A DNA stretch of 64,000 bases. It comes from an uncultured Clostridia bacterium (GTDB lineage: Bacteria; Bacillota; Clostridia; Oscillospirales; Oscillospiraceae). The DNA lies in NCBI GenBank assembly GCA_945486035.1, contig CALYTB010000001.1, forward strand, positions 1,846 through 65,845, written 5' to 3'. The first letter of the stretch is position 1. Every line of letters begins with the position of its first letter. Of the stretch, positions 53,503 to 62,684 are shown in pieces. The notes under the pieces are model-generated. The model searched no databases, was not told the DNA's origin, and was given only the letters and a program-made list of their open reading frames with translations. Made by a program: the position numbers and the translations under genes.

Positions 53503-55491
53503 TTATCCGGCTTCGTAGACAAAGTCCTGATAGCGCTCCAGGAGCTGGCGGTATTCCTGTTCGGAGATGGGTTTCCACTGTTCGGGAATGGATTCCGCAG
53601 GCATGTTGCCGGATTCCAGTTCTGCCTTGGCCCACTTGGCGTTTCCGCCGTTGGGGTCATAGCGCAGACAGTCCCGCAGGAAAAAACCGTCCGGCAGGAT
53701 ACGCAGGAAGGTGTGGTACGCAACGCCATCCAGGGTTTCGCTGAAACCGAGGAATTTCCCCTCGTTGGAAGCCTCCTGAGTACCGGCATCTATGGTTTCA
53801 TAGAAGAGGAAGCCGTCCTCATGAATCCACTGCGTGAGCATCCTTCCCTGCCCGTCCAGAAGGCAGACCGCCCGGAACCAGCCGTCATACATCACAGCCA
53901 GATCCAAAGTTCCGTTGTTGTCGAAATCATCCTGGATGTAGAAGAGGGTTTTATCCGGGAAGCGGCTTTGAAACTGGGAATAGAGGTCCGTGGAAGCCAC
54001 GGCACCTTCAGCGAAAGAATGCACCTCCGCTTCCCGGTATGCGTATTTGTCACAGATGGAATTGTAGGTCTCCTGAGAAATCCCCTCCCAGTACATGGGG
54101 CTTTCCCGGAAGGTTTGCACGTCCTCTCCGGGAGCATTGGTGCAGCGGAACCAGGACGCATCGGCATTGGAGGTGGGGTCCAGCTTCAGGAAATCCCGAT
54201 AGCGAAGGGTGTCACCGTCCACCTCCAGGAACAGGTAATAGGTTTGGCTGCCGTGAACCTGGGTGGTTTGAATGACAGGCGTACCGTCGGGCGCCCAGCG
54301 AATCCAGAAGCCGGTGTAATAAGCGCCGAAGGGAAGCTCCTCCACATATCCGTTCTTCAGCGTGTAGAGCATGGAATAATCCTGGGCGCCGCCGAAGCCT
54401 GTGGCCATTTCGTCGATTCCGTCCCCGTCAAAATCCAGAAGGGTATAGTAGCTGCCGGTATCACTCCGGTGGGCAAGGATGTATTCTGCATAGCTTTTGG
54501 GCGCGGTGGAGCGCTGGTTTTCCAGACGGATGCGCTCCTGCTGAGCCTCGCGCTCCGCTTCCCGCCGGTCTGCCGCGGCAATGTCGATGGGCTGGGGAGA
54601 GATGGAGTAGTCAAACAGGCGGGCGAAGGCTTCCAGGGAATCCTGAGTCATTTGCTGCTCCCCGGAGAGAATGTTGACGGAGACAAAACAGTTGTCCAGG
54701 TCCGCCAGAATCAGGGCTTTTTCCCAGCTGAGGGCAAGAAGCATCTGGCGGCCATCCAGACTGATGGGCCATTGCTGGTAACGGGCAATATCTCCAACAT
54801 TCAGACTGTAATCACAGAAGCTGTCCTTGCGGACACAAGTATATTGGAAACTAATGGGATCGCCCGCTGCTGCCGGGATGGCATCGCCTTCCAGGTGGAA
54901 GGAACCGTCGGAGGTGTAATAGATGCCGTAGGTCTGAACCTGCGAAGCGGTGTTTGGGTTCAGTACCCCGGGGATTCCTACGGCTTCATAGACCTCTTCC
55001 TCCGGGGAGGAAACGAAGACTTTGGTGATCCGGTTCAGGCCGTATTTCTGGCACAGCTCGTCCACCTTCTCCACCATTTCCTGAGTATAGCAGGTGTAGA
55101 CCCGGTATTCCTCCGGCTCCACATAGTCGTCAAAGTGTGATAGGTTCAGCAGGTTCCCGTCGGGATCGTAGCTTTGCCGAAACTCCAGCCATTCCCGGTG
55201 CGCCTGGTATCCCGGGGTTCCTGCAAAGCCCTGGAGGGAGATCATCTCATGCTTACCCGGGGCAGCAGACTGACCCTGGGCTGGGGTGAAGTCCCCAATT
55301 TTCAAATCCCGCAGGCTCAGCACATAGGCTACACAACCCACAAGCAGCAGCATCAGGGCAAGGATGGCTGCGATGAGCAGAAATTTACGGCGGGAAGGCC
55401 GTTTGTGCATGGCAGAAGATTCCTGGTGGGCTTCCAAAATGTAACTGTCCCGGATGCCGGTGATGGATTCCAGTAAGGTGATGGATTTCAT
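53503..55491 (-). CDS. Putative anti-sigma factor with large extracytoplasmic domain
   Basis: LLESITGIRDSYILEA N-terminus, one TM, ATGA-coupled to the ECF sigma gene. Confidence 0.75.
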   Translation of the reverse strand: MKSITLLESITGIRDSYILEAHQESSAMHKRPSRRKFLLIAAILALMLLLVGCVAYVLSLRDLKIGDFTPAQGQSAAPGKHEMISLQGFAGTPGYQAHREWLEFRQSYDPDGNLLNLSHFDDYVEPEEYRVYTCYTQEMVEKVDELCQKYGLNRITKVFVSSPEEEVYEAVGIPGVLNPNTASQVQTYGIYYTSDGSFHLEGDAIPAAAGDPISFQYTCVRKDSFCDYSLNVGDIARYQQWPISLDGRQMLLALSWEKALILADLDNCFVSVNILSGEQQMTQDSLEAFARLFDYSISPQPIDIAAADRREAEREAQQERIRLENQRSTAPKSYAEYILAHRSDTGSYYTLLDFDGDGIDEMATGFGGAQDYSMLYTLKNGYVEELPFGAYYTGFWIRWAPDGTPVIQTTQVHGSQTYYLFLEVDGDTLRYRDFLKLDPTSNADASWFRCTNAPGEDVQTFRESPMYWEGISQETYNSICDKYAYREAEVHSFAEGAVASTDLYSQFQSRFPDKTLFYIQDDFDNNGTLDLAVMYDGWFRAVCLLDGQGRMLTQWIHEDGFLFYETIDAGTQEASNEGKFLGFSETLDGVAYHTFLRILPDGFFLRDCLRYDPNGGNAKWAKAELESGNMPAESIPEQWKPISEQEYRQLLERYQDFVYEAG

Positions 55492-56045
55492 CGCATTCCC
55501 TCCTTCTCAAGCTGATGGCTGAGCTTCTGACGGGTTCGGTGGAGCATGGTTTTGACCTTACTTTCCGTAAAATCAAAGCGCTGGGCAATCTCGGAAATGC
55601 TGTCCAAATACCAGTAGCGGCAGACGAACACCCGCCGCTCCGTTTCCGGCAGATCCCCCAGGAACCGATTGACGAGGGCCAGCAGCTCCTTCCGGGCCAG
55701 ACGCTCTTCCGGGTTTTCTCCGCCGGATACGCATTCTTCCAGTTCGTCCAGGGCCAGGGTGGTCTGCCCGCCGCCTCGTTTGGAGGCGGAGCGCCGCTTC
55801 CAGCGATCCAGAGAGATGTAGCGGGTGATTTTCCCCAGGAAGGCGGAGAGGGCATTCGGCCGCTTGGGAGGCATGGTGTTCCAGGCGGCAAGGTAGGTGT
55901 CGTTGACGCTTTCCTCGGAATCCTCCGGGCTTTCCAGAATATGATAGGCGATGGCATAGCAGTAGCCTCCGTATTTCACCGCGGTCTGGGAGATGGCGTT
56001 CTCCGACCGGGCCCAATACAGATCGATGATGGCGTTATCCTCCAT
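55488..56045 (-). CDS. ECF (sigma-70 group 4) RNA polymerase sigma factor
   Basis: MEDNAIIDLYWARSE, DSEESVNDTY, region 4 RRVFVCRYWY...VKTMLHRTR; upstream TGTAAC -35-like box. Confidence 0.93.
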   Translation of the reverse strand: MEDNAIIDLYWARSENAISQTAVKYGGYCYAIAYHILESPEDSEESVNDTYLAAWNTMPPKRPNALSAFLGKITRYISLDRWKRRSASKRGGGQTTLALDELEECVSGGENPEERLARKELLALVNRFLGDLPETERRVFVCRYWYLDSISEIAQRFDFTESKVKTMLHRTRQKLSHQLEKEGMR

Positions 56046-56131
56046 GGTGGTTTCCTCCTTCTTTGTGGTGCCTACAATTCTCCAGTAGAGAAAAAAGGAA
56101 AAGCGTTACAGCTTTTTTAGAATAAGTACGA

Positions 56132-56307
56132 TAATTGTTGTTTGCACAAAAAGGCTGTCATCCCGAGCGAGCGCAGCGAGTCGAGGGATCTACGCATTTT
56201 GTTTCGCTTTCGGGTAAATTCAGTGCCAAGATCCTTCGACTTCGCTGCGCTTCGCTCAGGATGACAAGGTTTTCTGTTGCTTGAGGTTGTGCGCTAAACT
56301 ACAATTT
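56132..56307. repeat. IR-bounded palindromic element, copy 11 (inner family C)
   Basis: TAATTGTTGTTT...AAACTACAATTT enclosing TGTCATCCCGAGCGAGCGCAGCGAGTCGAGGGATCT ... AGATCCTTCGACTTCGCTGCGCTTCGCTCAGGATGACA. Confidence 0.85.
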
Positions 56308-56448
56308 GTCGCAGAAGGCTATTTTACAATGATACCACAGGAATGCTGTTTTTTCTACCATGTACGGACAAAGAAGGTTCATGAACTGTTTGTAATTTGT
56401 TCTTATATTGGTTATGCTTCGGACATAATCCTCCGGTAAGATAAGACC

Positions 56449-56567
56449 ATGAAAGGCGGCGGAAGCCGTGAGCCGCTTCCTTTCACTCCATTGATCCTCT
56501 TTTTCTCTCTTCTTTCCAATCCCTTTCGCAAATCCCCGCTGTCATTTTGGCAGCGGGGAACTTTTTT
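56449..56567 (+). ncRNA. Candidate sRNA of about 120 nt (hairpin, CU-rich linker, terminator)
   Basis: TAAGAT -10 at 56437; own + strand terminator separate from the kdgK terminator. Confidence 0.5.
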
Positions 56568-56569
56568 GG

Positions 56570-56605
56570 AAAAAACTGCCGCCCCCAAAAATTGGGAGCG
56601 GCAGT
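56570..56605 (-). terminator. Terminator of the uxaC-eda-kdgK operon
   Basis: ACTGCCGC...GCGGCAGT stem followed by a T-run on the minus strand. Confidence 0.75.
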
Positions 56606-56619
56606 ATCTGGAAAGGGAA

Positions 56620-57648
56620 TTATCTCTGAATCCGGCCGGAGCCGTCGCCGCCGGCCAGCTTCTCTACTTCGGGGACGGTGACCATGTTGTAGTCACCCTC
56701 GATGGAGTGCTTCAGCGCGGAGGCTGCCACAGCGAACTCCACCGCGGCCTGGGTGTCCTTGCCGGTAAGCAGGCTGTAGATCAGACCGCCGCCGAAAGAG
56801 TCGCCGCCGCCCACGCGGTCGATGATGTGCAGGTCGTATTTCTTGGAGAAGCAGAACTCATTTTCGGCAACATTATACAGCATGGCGCTCCAGCCGTTGT
56901 CGAAGGCGGAGTGGCTTTCCCGCAGGGTGATGGCCACCATCTCAAAGCCAAACTTGTCCGCCAGCTGCTTGGCAACGGACTTGTAGCCCTCGTGATTCAG
57001 GCTTCCTCCGTAGATATCGGTGGCCTCGGCCTCGATGCCGAAGACATCCTTGGCATCCTCCTCGTTGGAGATACATACATCCACATACTGGCACAGCTCG
57101 GTCATGGCTTCCCGGGCCTGGGCACGGGTCCAGAGCTTGCCCCGGTAGTTTAAGTCACAGGAAATCTTGCAGCCGTGAGCCTTGGCGGCGATGCAGGCCT
57201 CCTTGCAGATGGCCACCAGGTTAGCACCCAGGGCGGGGGTGATGCCGGTGAAGTGGAACCAGTCGGCACCCTCGAAAATCTTATCCCAATCGAAGTCGGA
57301 GGAGTCTGCCTCCTGGATGGCGGAGTGGGCCCGGTCGTAGATGCAGACGGAGCCACGCTGGGAGGCACCCTTCTCGTTGAAGTAGATGCCCACACGGTTG
57401 CCGCCCCGGGTAATCAGGGAGGTGTCCACACCGTAGCGGCGGAGGCTGTTCACCGCAGCCTGGCCGATGGCGTGGGTGGGGAGCTTGGTGACGAACGCGG
57501 CATCCATGCCGTAATTGGCCAGGGACACAGCAACATTGGCTTCGCCGCCGCCGAAGGTGAATTCCACATGGTCGCACTGGACGAAGCGCTCATAGTTATA
57601 GGGCTGGAGCCGAAGCATCAGTTCGCCGAAGGTTACAATTCTGCTCAT
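56620..57648 (-). CDS. kdgK: 2-keto-3-deoxygluconate kinase (PfkB family)
   Basis: FGELMLRL, GGGEANVA, DLNYR, DRVGGGDSF. Confidence 0.92.
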   Translation of the reverse strand: MSRIVTFGELMLRLQPYNYERFVQCDHVEFTFGGGEANVAVSLANYGMDAAFVTKLPTHAIGQAAVNSLRRYGVDTSLITRGGNRVGIYFNEKGASQRGSVCIYDRAHSAIQEADSSDFDWDKIFEGADWFHFTGITPALGANLVAICKEACIAAKAHGCKISCDLNYRGKLWTRAQAREAMTELCQYVDVCISNEEDAKDVFGIEAEATDIYGGSLNHEGYKSVAKQLADKFGFEMVAITLRESHSAFDNGWSAMLYNVAENEFCFSKKYDLHIIDRVGGGDSFGGGLIYSLLTGKDTQAAVEFAVAASALKHSIEGDYNMVTVPEVEKLAGGDGSGRIQR

Positions 57649-57666
57649 ATCGCGTTTTCCTCCTGT

Positions 57667-58017
57667 TTATTTGGATGTTCTCATCAGATGGACGGCAAAG
57701 CCGCAGATCTCATCGGAAAGGTAGATGGCGTTGAGAGTGCCGTCGGGACGGCGCTTGGCAGAGGCGGGGTCAAAGCGGAAGCCTTTGGCAGTCAGCTCGG
57801 CCATGGCTTCCTCCACGTCCGGGGTGCCAATGCCAATGTGACCGTGCTTGCCCCGTCCGGGGGCTTTGTTCAGTTCTACGGCAGTTCCGGCAAATACGGA
57901 GGTGTTGCCCTCCTTCACCTTCAGACCAAAGAGTGCCTCGAACAAGGCGGCATTCTTGAGTGCCTCCTCACTGTTTTCGCAGTTAATACCAACGTGCGCC
58001 AGAGTATACTCAGCCAT
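57667..58017 (-). CDS. VOC/glyoxalase-fold protein
   Basis: LAHVGIN, GKHGHIGIGT, EICGFAVHL; overlaps the eda stop. Confidence 0.75.
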   Translation of the reverse strand: MAEYTLAHVGINCENSEEALKNAALFEALFGLKVKEGNTSVFAGTAVELNKAPGRGKHGHIGIGTPDVEEAMAELTAKGFRFDPASAKRRPDGTLNAIYLSDEICGFAVHLMRTSK

Positions 58018-58654
58018 TGCGTGCCTCCCTGACGATTTCCACGGATTTTCTGCACAGCTCGGTGATCTCGTCCCACTTGCCCTCGGTAATCAGCTTGTCG
58101 GGGCACATGTAGGAACCGCCGCAGGCCGCGATGATGGGGCTTGCCGCGTACTCAGCCAGATTCTTGAGGCTGACACCGCCGGTGGGCATAACCTTGAACA
58201 TGGGGAAGGGGGCAGCCATGGCCTTGATCTTGGCAAGTCCGCCGCTCTGCTCCGCGGGGAAGAACTTCAGAACCTCCAGGCCCAGCTTATAGGCTACATG
58301 GTAATCCGTGGGGGTGGTGCAGCCGGGGAAGCAGGTGATGCCCTTTTCCTGACAATATTTCACAATCTCGGGGTCCAGGCCGGGGGTGACCACGAACTTA
58401 CCGCCGGCAGCGATGGTTTTGTCCACCTGCTCGGTGGTGAGGACGGTGCCGGCGCCTACCAGCATTTCCGGATGGCGCTGCAGCATGATGCGCATTGCCT
58501 CGTCCGCTCCCGCAGCACGGAAGGTGATCTCAGCGATGGGTACGCCGCCGGCACACAGAGCGTCGGACAGCCCCGCGGCATCCCGCTGGGGATTGGTCAG
58601 CTTGATAACGGGGACACAGCCAACCTGGCTGATTTTAGTTTGCAGTTCGTTCAT
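58010..58654 (-). CDS. eda: KDPG/KHG aldolase
   Basis: AEITFR, VGAGTV, LKFFPA, MPTGGV. Confidence 0.95.
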   Translation of the reverse strand: MNELQTKISQVGCVPVIKLTNPQRDAAGLSDALCAGGVPIAEITFRAAGADEAMRIMLQRHPEMLVGAGTVLTTEQVDKTIAAGGKFVVTPGLDPEIVKYCQEKGITCFPGCTTPTDYHVAYKLGLEVLKFFPAEQSGGLAKIKAMAAPFPMFKVMPTGGVSLKNLAEYAASPIIAACGGSYMCPDKLITEGKWDEITELCRKSVEIVREARNG

Positions 58655-58674
58655 GGTAGTTTCCTCCTCAAGAA

Positions 58675-60093
58675 TTATTTCAGAAGCTCGTCAAAACGGA
58701 AGTAGTGCAGGGTATTGTAGTAGCTGATGTTTTCCACCATCCGGCCAAGCCACTTCATATCGGCGGGATACTCGCCATCTTCCACCAGCTGGCCGAAGAG
58801 GTTGCACAGAATCCGGCGGAAATACTCGTGCCGGGTGTAGCTGAGGAAGGATCGGGAGTCGGTGAGCATGCCGTTGAAGCTGCCCATGGCGCCCAGACTC
58901 ATGAGGCTGACCATCTGAGCCTCCATGCCGGGCTTGTGGTCATTGAACCACCAAGCGGAGCCTTGCTGAATCTTTCCGGGGATGGGGCTGTCGGCCTGGA
59001 AGGCACCCATGATGGAGCCGATGATGCCGTTGTCCGACGGATTCAGGGAATACAGAATGGTTTTGCCCAGAGCGTCCGCATCCTCCAACGTACCCAGAAG
59101 TCCGGCAAGACCCGCCGCGTTGGCGGCATCGTTCATGGAGTCAAAGCCGGTATCTGGGCCAAGCTTGCGGAACATTTTCCGGGAGTTGTCCCGCAGGCAG
59201 CCGAAGTGGTACTGGCATACCCAGTCACGCCTGGCATATTCCTTACCTACGGCAATCAGCAGCGCGGTGTGATAGGCCAGCTGCTCGTCCCGGGTGATGA
59301 CCTGACCCGCTTTGGCCCGGGCAAGAATGTCGTTCAGAGTATCCTCGTCCGCCTCCACGCAGAAGCAGAAATCCATTCCATGGTCGCTGACCCGGCAGCC
59401 ATGGTCGGCAAAGTACGCAATCCGATCAAGCAGCGCCCGGCGCATATCCGCCATGGTGACGATGGGATAGCCCACTACCTGCTCCAGTCGGGCAATATAC
59501 GCGGGGAAGGTTTCCTTATCGGCCCGCATGGCCTTGTCGGGGCGGAACGCGGGAAGCACCACGGCGGGGGAGGTGGGGTCCGCCGCCAGAAGCTCATGGG
59601 CCCGGAGGTCGTCTACGGGATCATCAGTGGTGCAGATCAGTTGGACACCGGATTTGCGGATGATGCCCCGCGCGGACATATCGGGCTGGGCCAGGATGGC
59701 ATTGCACTTTTCATAGATTTCCATGGCATTGTCGCCGTTGAGGGGCTCCGTAATGCCGAAGTAGCGCTGCAGCTCCAGGTGCGTCCAGTGGTAGAGGGGG
59801 TTCCCAATGAGGTTGGGGATGGCTTCCGCCCACTTGCGGAACTTTTCGGCAGGGGAGGCATCTCCGGTAATGTAGTACTCGGGAACACCGCAGGAGCGCA
59901 TTGCCCGCCATTTATAGTGGTCGCCGCCCAGCCACACCTCGGTAATGGAGCTGTAATGCTTATCCTCATAGATTTCCATGGGGTTGATATGGCAGTGGTA
60001 ATCGATGATAGGCATCTTCTCCGCGTGATTGTGATAGAGCGTTTTGGCGGTTTCGGATTTGAGCAAGAAATCTGCGTTCATAAAAGATGTCAT
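58675..60093 (-). CDS. uxaC: Glucuronate isomerase
   Basis: PIIDYHCH, DHYKWRAMR, WWFND, LTDSRSFLSYTRHEYFRR; GGAGG RBS. Confidence 0.96.
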   Translation of the reverse strand: MTSFMNADFLLKSETAKTLYHNHAEKMPIIDYHCHINPMEIYEDKHYSSITEVWLGGDHYKWRAMRSCGVPEYYITGDASPAEKFRKWAEAIPNLIGNPLYHWTHLELQRYFGITEPLNGDNAMEIYEKCNAILAQPDMSARGIIRKSGVQLICTTDDPVDDLRAHELLAADPTSPAVVLPAFRPDKAMRADKETFPAYIARLEQVVGYPIVTMADMRRALLDRIAYFADHGCRVSDHGMDFCFCVEADEDTLNDILARAKAGQVITRDEQLAYHTALLIAVGKEYARRDWVCQYHFGCLRDNSRKMFRKLGPDTGFDSMNDAANAAGLAGLLGTLEDADALGKTILYSLNPSDNGIIGSIMGAFQADSPIPGKIQQGSAWWFNDHKPGMEAQMVSLMSLGAMGSFNGMLTDSRSFLSYTRHEYFRRILCNLFGQLVEDGEYPADMKWLGRMVENISYYNTLHYFRFDELLK

Positions 60094-60346
60094 TGCGGTT
60101 CCTCCTGAATGCATAATGGGATTCGTGGGAATATTGCGTGCAAACCTGCAGCTTTCTGATGCCATTATAGATGGAAAAAGGCCGGAAATACATGGCTTGC
60201 TTTGCGAAGCACATTGCGAATGTTGCGGTTTTCCAAAGGGGAGGAAATCATCCCGGCGACAGGTGGTTCCTTCTGTTTTTGTCAAAGTGAAAAAGCAGAA
60301 CAATCCGACTCCACAGAGCGCGTTTGCATTCTGCGGGGGCGGATTA

Positions 60347-61723
60347 TTATATCATCTGCTCGGGATGGAATACTTCGTCAAAGCGTTCCGGGGTAAGAAA
60401 GCCCAGTTTGGTGCAGGCTTCCTTCAGAGAGATGTTTTCCAGGAAGGCCTTCTTTGCTGTTTTGGCCGCGTTTTCATAGCCGATGTAGGGATTCAGGGCG
60501 GTTACCAGCATCAGGCTTCGGTTCAGATTCTGCTCCATTTTGTCCTCCCTTGCGCGGATGCCCACGGCACAGTTTTGGTTGAAGCTGTTCATTGCTTCGG
60601 CAAGAAGCCGGGCGGACTGGAGGAAGTTATAGGCAATCACAGGCATGAATACATTCAGCTCAAAGTTACCCTGACTAGCGGCAATGCCGACCGCGGCATC
60701 GTTGCCCATGACCTGGACGGAAACCATGGTAAGCGCTTCGCATTGGGTGGGGTTGACCTTTCCGGGCATGATGGAGGAGCCGGGCTCGTTCTCGGGAATG
60801 GTGATTTCCCCCAGACCGCACCGGGGGCCGGAGGCCAGCCAGCGCACGTCGTTGGCGATCTTCATCAGGTCCGCTGCCAGTGCCTTCATAGCTCCGTGAG
60901 CGAACACCAGCTCATCTTTGGAGGTCAGGGCATGGAACTTGTTGGGTGCGGTCCTAAAGGTCCGTCCGGTGAGCTCGGATACCTTTTCGGCCACCAGCTC
61001 CGCAAACCCATGGGGGGCGTTCAGTCCGGTGCCCACAGCGGTTCCGCCCAGGGCCAGTTCCTTCAGCGGTGACAGGGACAGCCGCAGCAGCTCGGCGTCC
61101 CGCTCCAGAGAGGAACGCCAGCCGGAAATCTCCTGAGAGAAAGCGATGGGGGTGGCATCCTGCAAATGGGTGCGCCCGGTTTTGATAATCCCGCGATGTC
61201 TGTCTTCCAGAGTCCGGAAGGTGGAGGTCAGAGCTTCAATGGCGGGGAGTACACACTCTTCCAGTGCCAGCACCGCCGCAATATGCATGGCGGCGGGGAA
61301 GGTATCATTGGAAGACTGGGACATATTCACATCATCATTCGGATGCAGCAGCCGTTTTCCCGCCAGCTCGTTGCCACGGTTGGCGATGACCTCATTTGCG
61401 TTCATATTGCTCTGGGTGCCGGAGCCGGTCTGCCATACAACAAGGGGGAAGTGGTCATTGAGCTTCCCGGCAATCACCTCGTCACAGGCCTGGCACAGGT
61501 GTGTCAGCTTCTCATCGGTCATCCGGGCAGGAACCAACGTGTGGTTTGCCTGGGCCGCGGCTTTTTTCAGAATGCCGAAAGCGTGGGTAATCTCCCGGGG
61601 CATGGTTTCCACACCTACGCCAATGGGAAAATTCTGGTGGGAGCGCTGGGTCTGCGCGCCCCAGTAACGGTCCGCGGGGATTTGCATTTGGCCCATCGAG
61701 TCGTGCTCAATACGGTAATCCAT
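60347..61723 (-). CDS. fumC: Class II fumarate hydratase
   Basis: EHDSMG, WQTGSGTQSNMN, GRTHLQDA, GSSIMPGKVNPTQ. Confidence 0.96.
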   Translation of the reverse strand: MDYRIEHDSMGQMQIPADRYWGAQTQRSHQNFPIGVGVETMPREITHAFGILKKAAAQANHTLVPARMTDEKLTHLCQACDEVIAGKLNDHFPLVVWQTGSGTQSNMNANEVIANRGNELAGKRLLHPNDDVNMSQSSNDTFPAAMHIAAVLALEECVLPAIEALTSTFRTLEDRHRGIIKTGRTHLQDATPIAFSQEISGWRSSLERDAELLRLSLSPLKELALGGTAVGTGLNAPHGFAELVAEKVSELTGRTFRTAPNKFHALTSKDELVFAHGAMKALAADLMKIANDVRWLASGPRCGLGEITIPENEPGSSIMPGKVNPTQCEALTMVSVQVMGNDAAVGIAASQGNFELNVFMPVIAYNFLQSARLLAEAMNSFNQNCAVGIRAREDKMEQNLNRSLMLVTALNPYIGYENAAKTAKKAFLENISLKEACTKLGFLTPERFDEVFHPEQMI

Positions 61724-61787
61724 TTGGTGCCTCCAATCCGGGCCCGGAGGCGGTTTGCCTCCGGGCATCTCGCTGTTTTGTCGGTTT

Positions 61788-62404
61788 TCAGATCCGGGCT
61801 ACGCCGTCTTTGCGTGCCGCCTCAGCGACCGCAGCGGCCACCGCTTCTCTCACCCGGGGGTCAAAGCCTTGGGCAGGATGTAATCGGCACAGAGTTCTTC
61901 CTCGCTGACCAGCCCGGCAATGGCGTAGGCGGCGGCGATCTTCATACCCTCGGTGATGGCACTGGCCCGCACATCCAGCGCGCCCCGGAAGATGCCGGGG
62001 AAGCACAGGACGTTGTTCAGCTGATTGGGATAGTCACTGCGGCCGGTGGAAACAACCGCGGCACCGGCAGCCTTTGCATCATCCGGGAAAATCTCGGGAG
62101 TGGGGTTGGCGCAGGCGAAAATGATGGGATCTTTTGCTATGGTTTTCACCATTTCGGCGGTCAGGGTTCCGGGGGCGGACACACCGACGAACACATCGGC
62201 ACCCCGGATCACATCTGCCAGGGTCCCTTTCTCCATATTCCGATTGGTGATTTTCGCCATCTCCTCCTTAATGGGATTCAGACCCTCCCGGCCTTCGTAG
62301 ATGGCGCCCTTCCGGTCGGTCATGACCACATTCTTAAGCCCCATGGCCATCATCAGCTTGATAATGGCCATCCCGGCCGCACCGGCGCCGGAGGTGACGA
62401 TTTT
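61788..62404 (-). pseudogene. NAD(P)-malic enzyme, C-terminal half only, with a frameshift near 61864
   Basis: KIVTSGAGAAG, FACANPTPEI, TGRSDYPNQ, FPGIFRGALD; terminal FDPRV...ARKDGVARI lies in another frame; N-terminal half absent. Confidence 0.85.
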
Positions 62405-62529
62405 TCATCCTCCAGATGCTGAACTGCCTTGGTGATCGACGGCTGCGCCACATGGAGGTTTTCGGATGCTTTCGTGTAGTTCCGAACCCGACAGAGTTCC
62501 GCAAAGTATTCCAGCTGTCTCAGATCCAA
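62404..62529 (-). pseudogene. LysR regulator remnant (HTH only, 42 codons)
   Basis: TTG start with AGAAAGGTG RBS; MDLRQLEYFAELCRVRNYTKASENLHVAQPSITKAVQHLEDE, then malic-enzyme DNA out of frame. Confidence 0.85.
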
Positions 62530-62684
62530 GGGAAGTCACCTTTCTTTCTGTATCCTTTTCTTCCCTGTTATCTATCATATCAGCTTTTTCGTGATGATTC
62601 AAGCGGGATGATGCGAATATTGGGATAATTCGCATAAAAAGAAAGAGCCCGCCGCAGAAAACGCGGAAGGCTCTTTCACAGAGG

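Noticed and set aside
56449-57153. 234-aa + strand ORF
   Set aside because: No RBS, crosses two terminators and runs antisense to kdgK; its 5' part is better explained as an sRNA.
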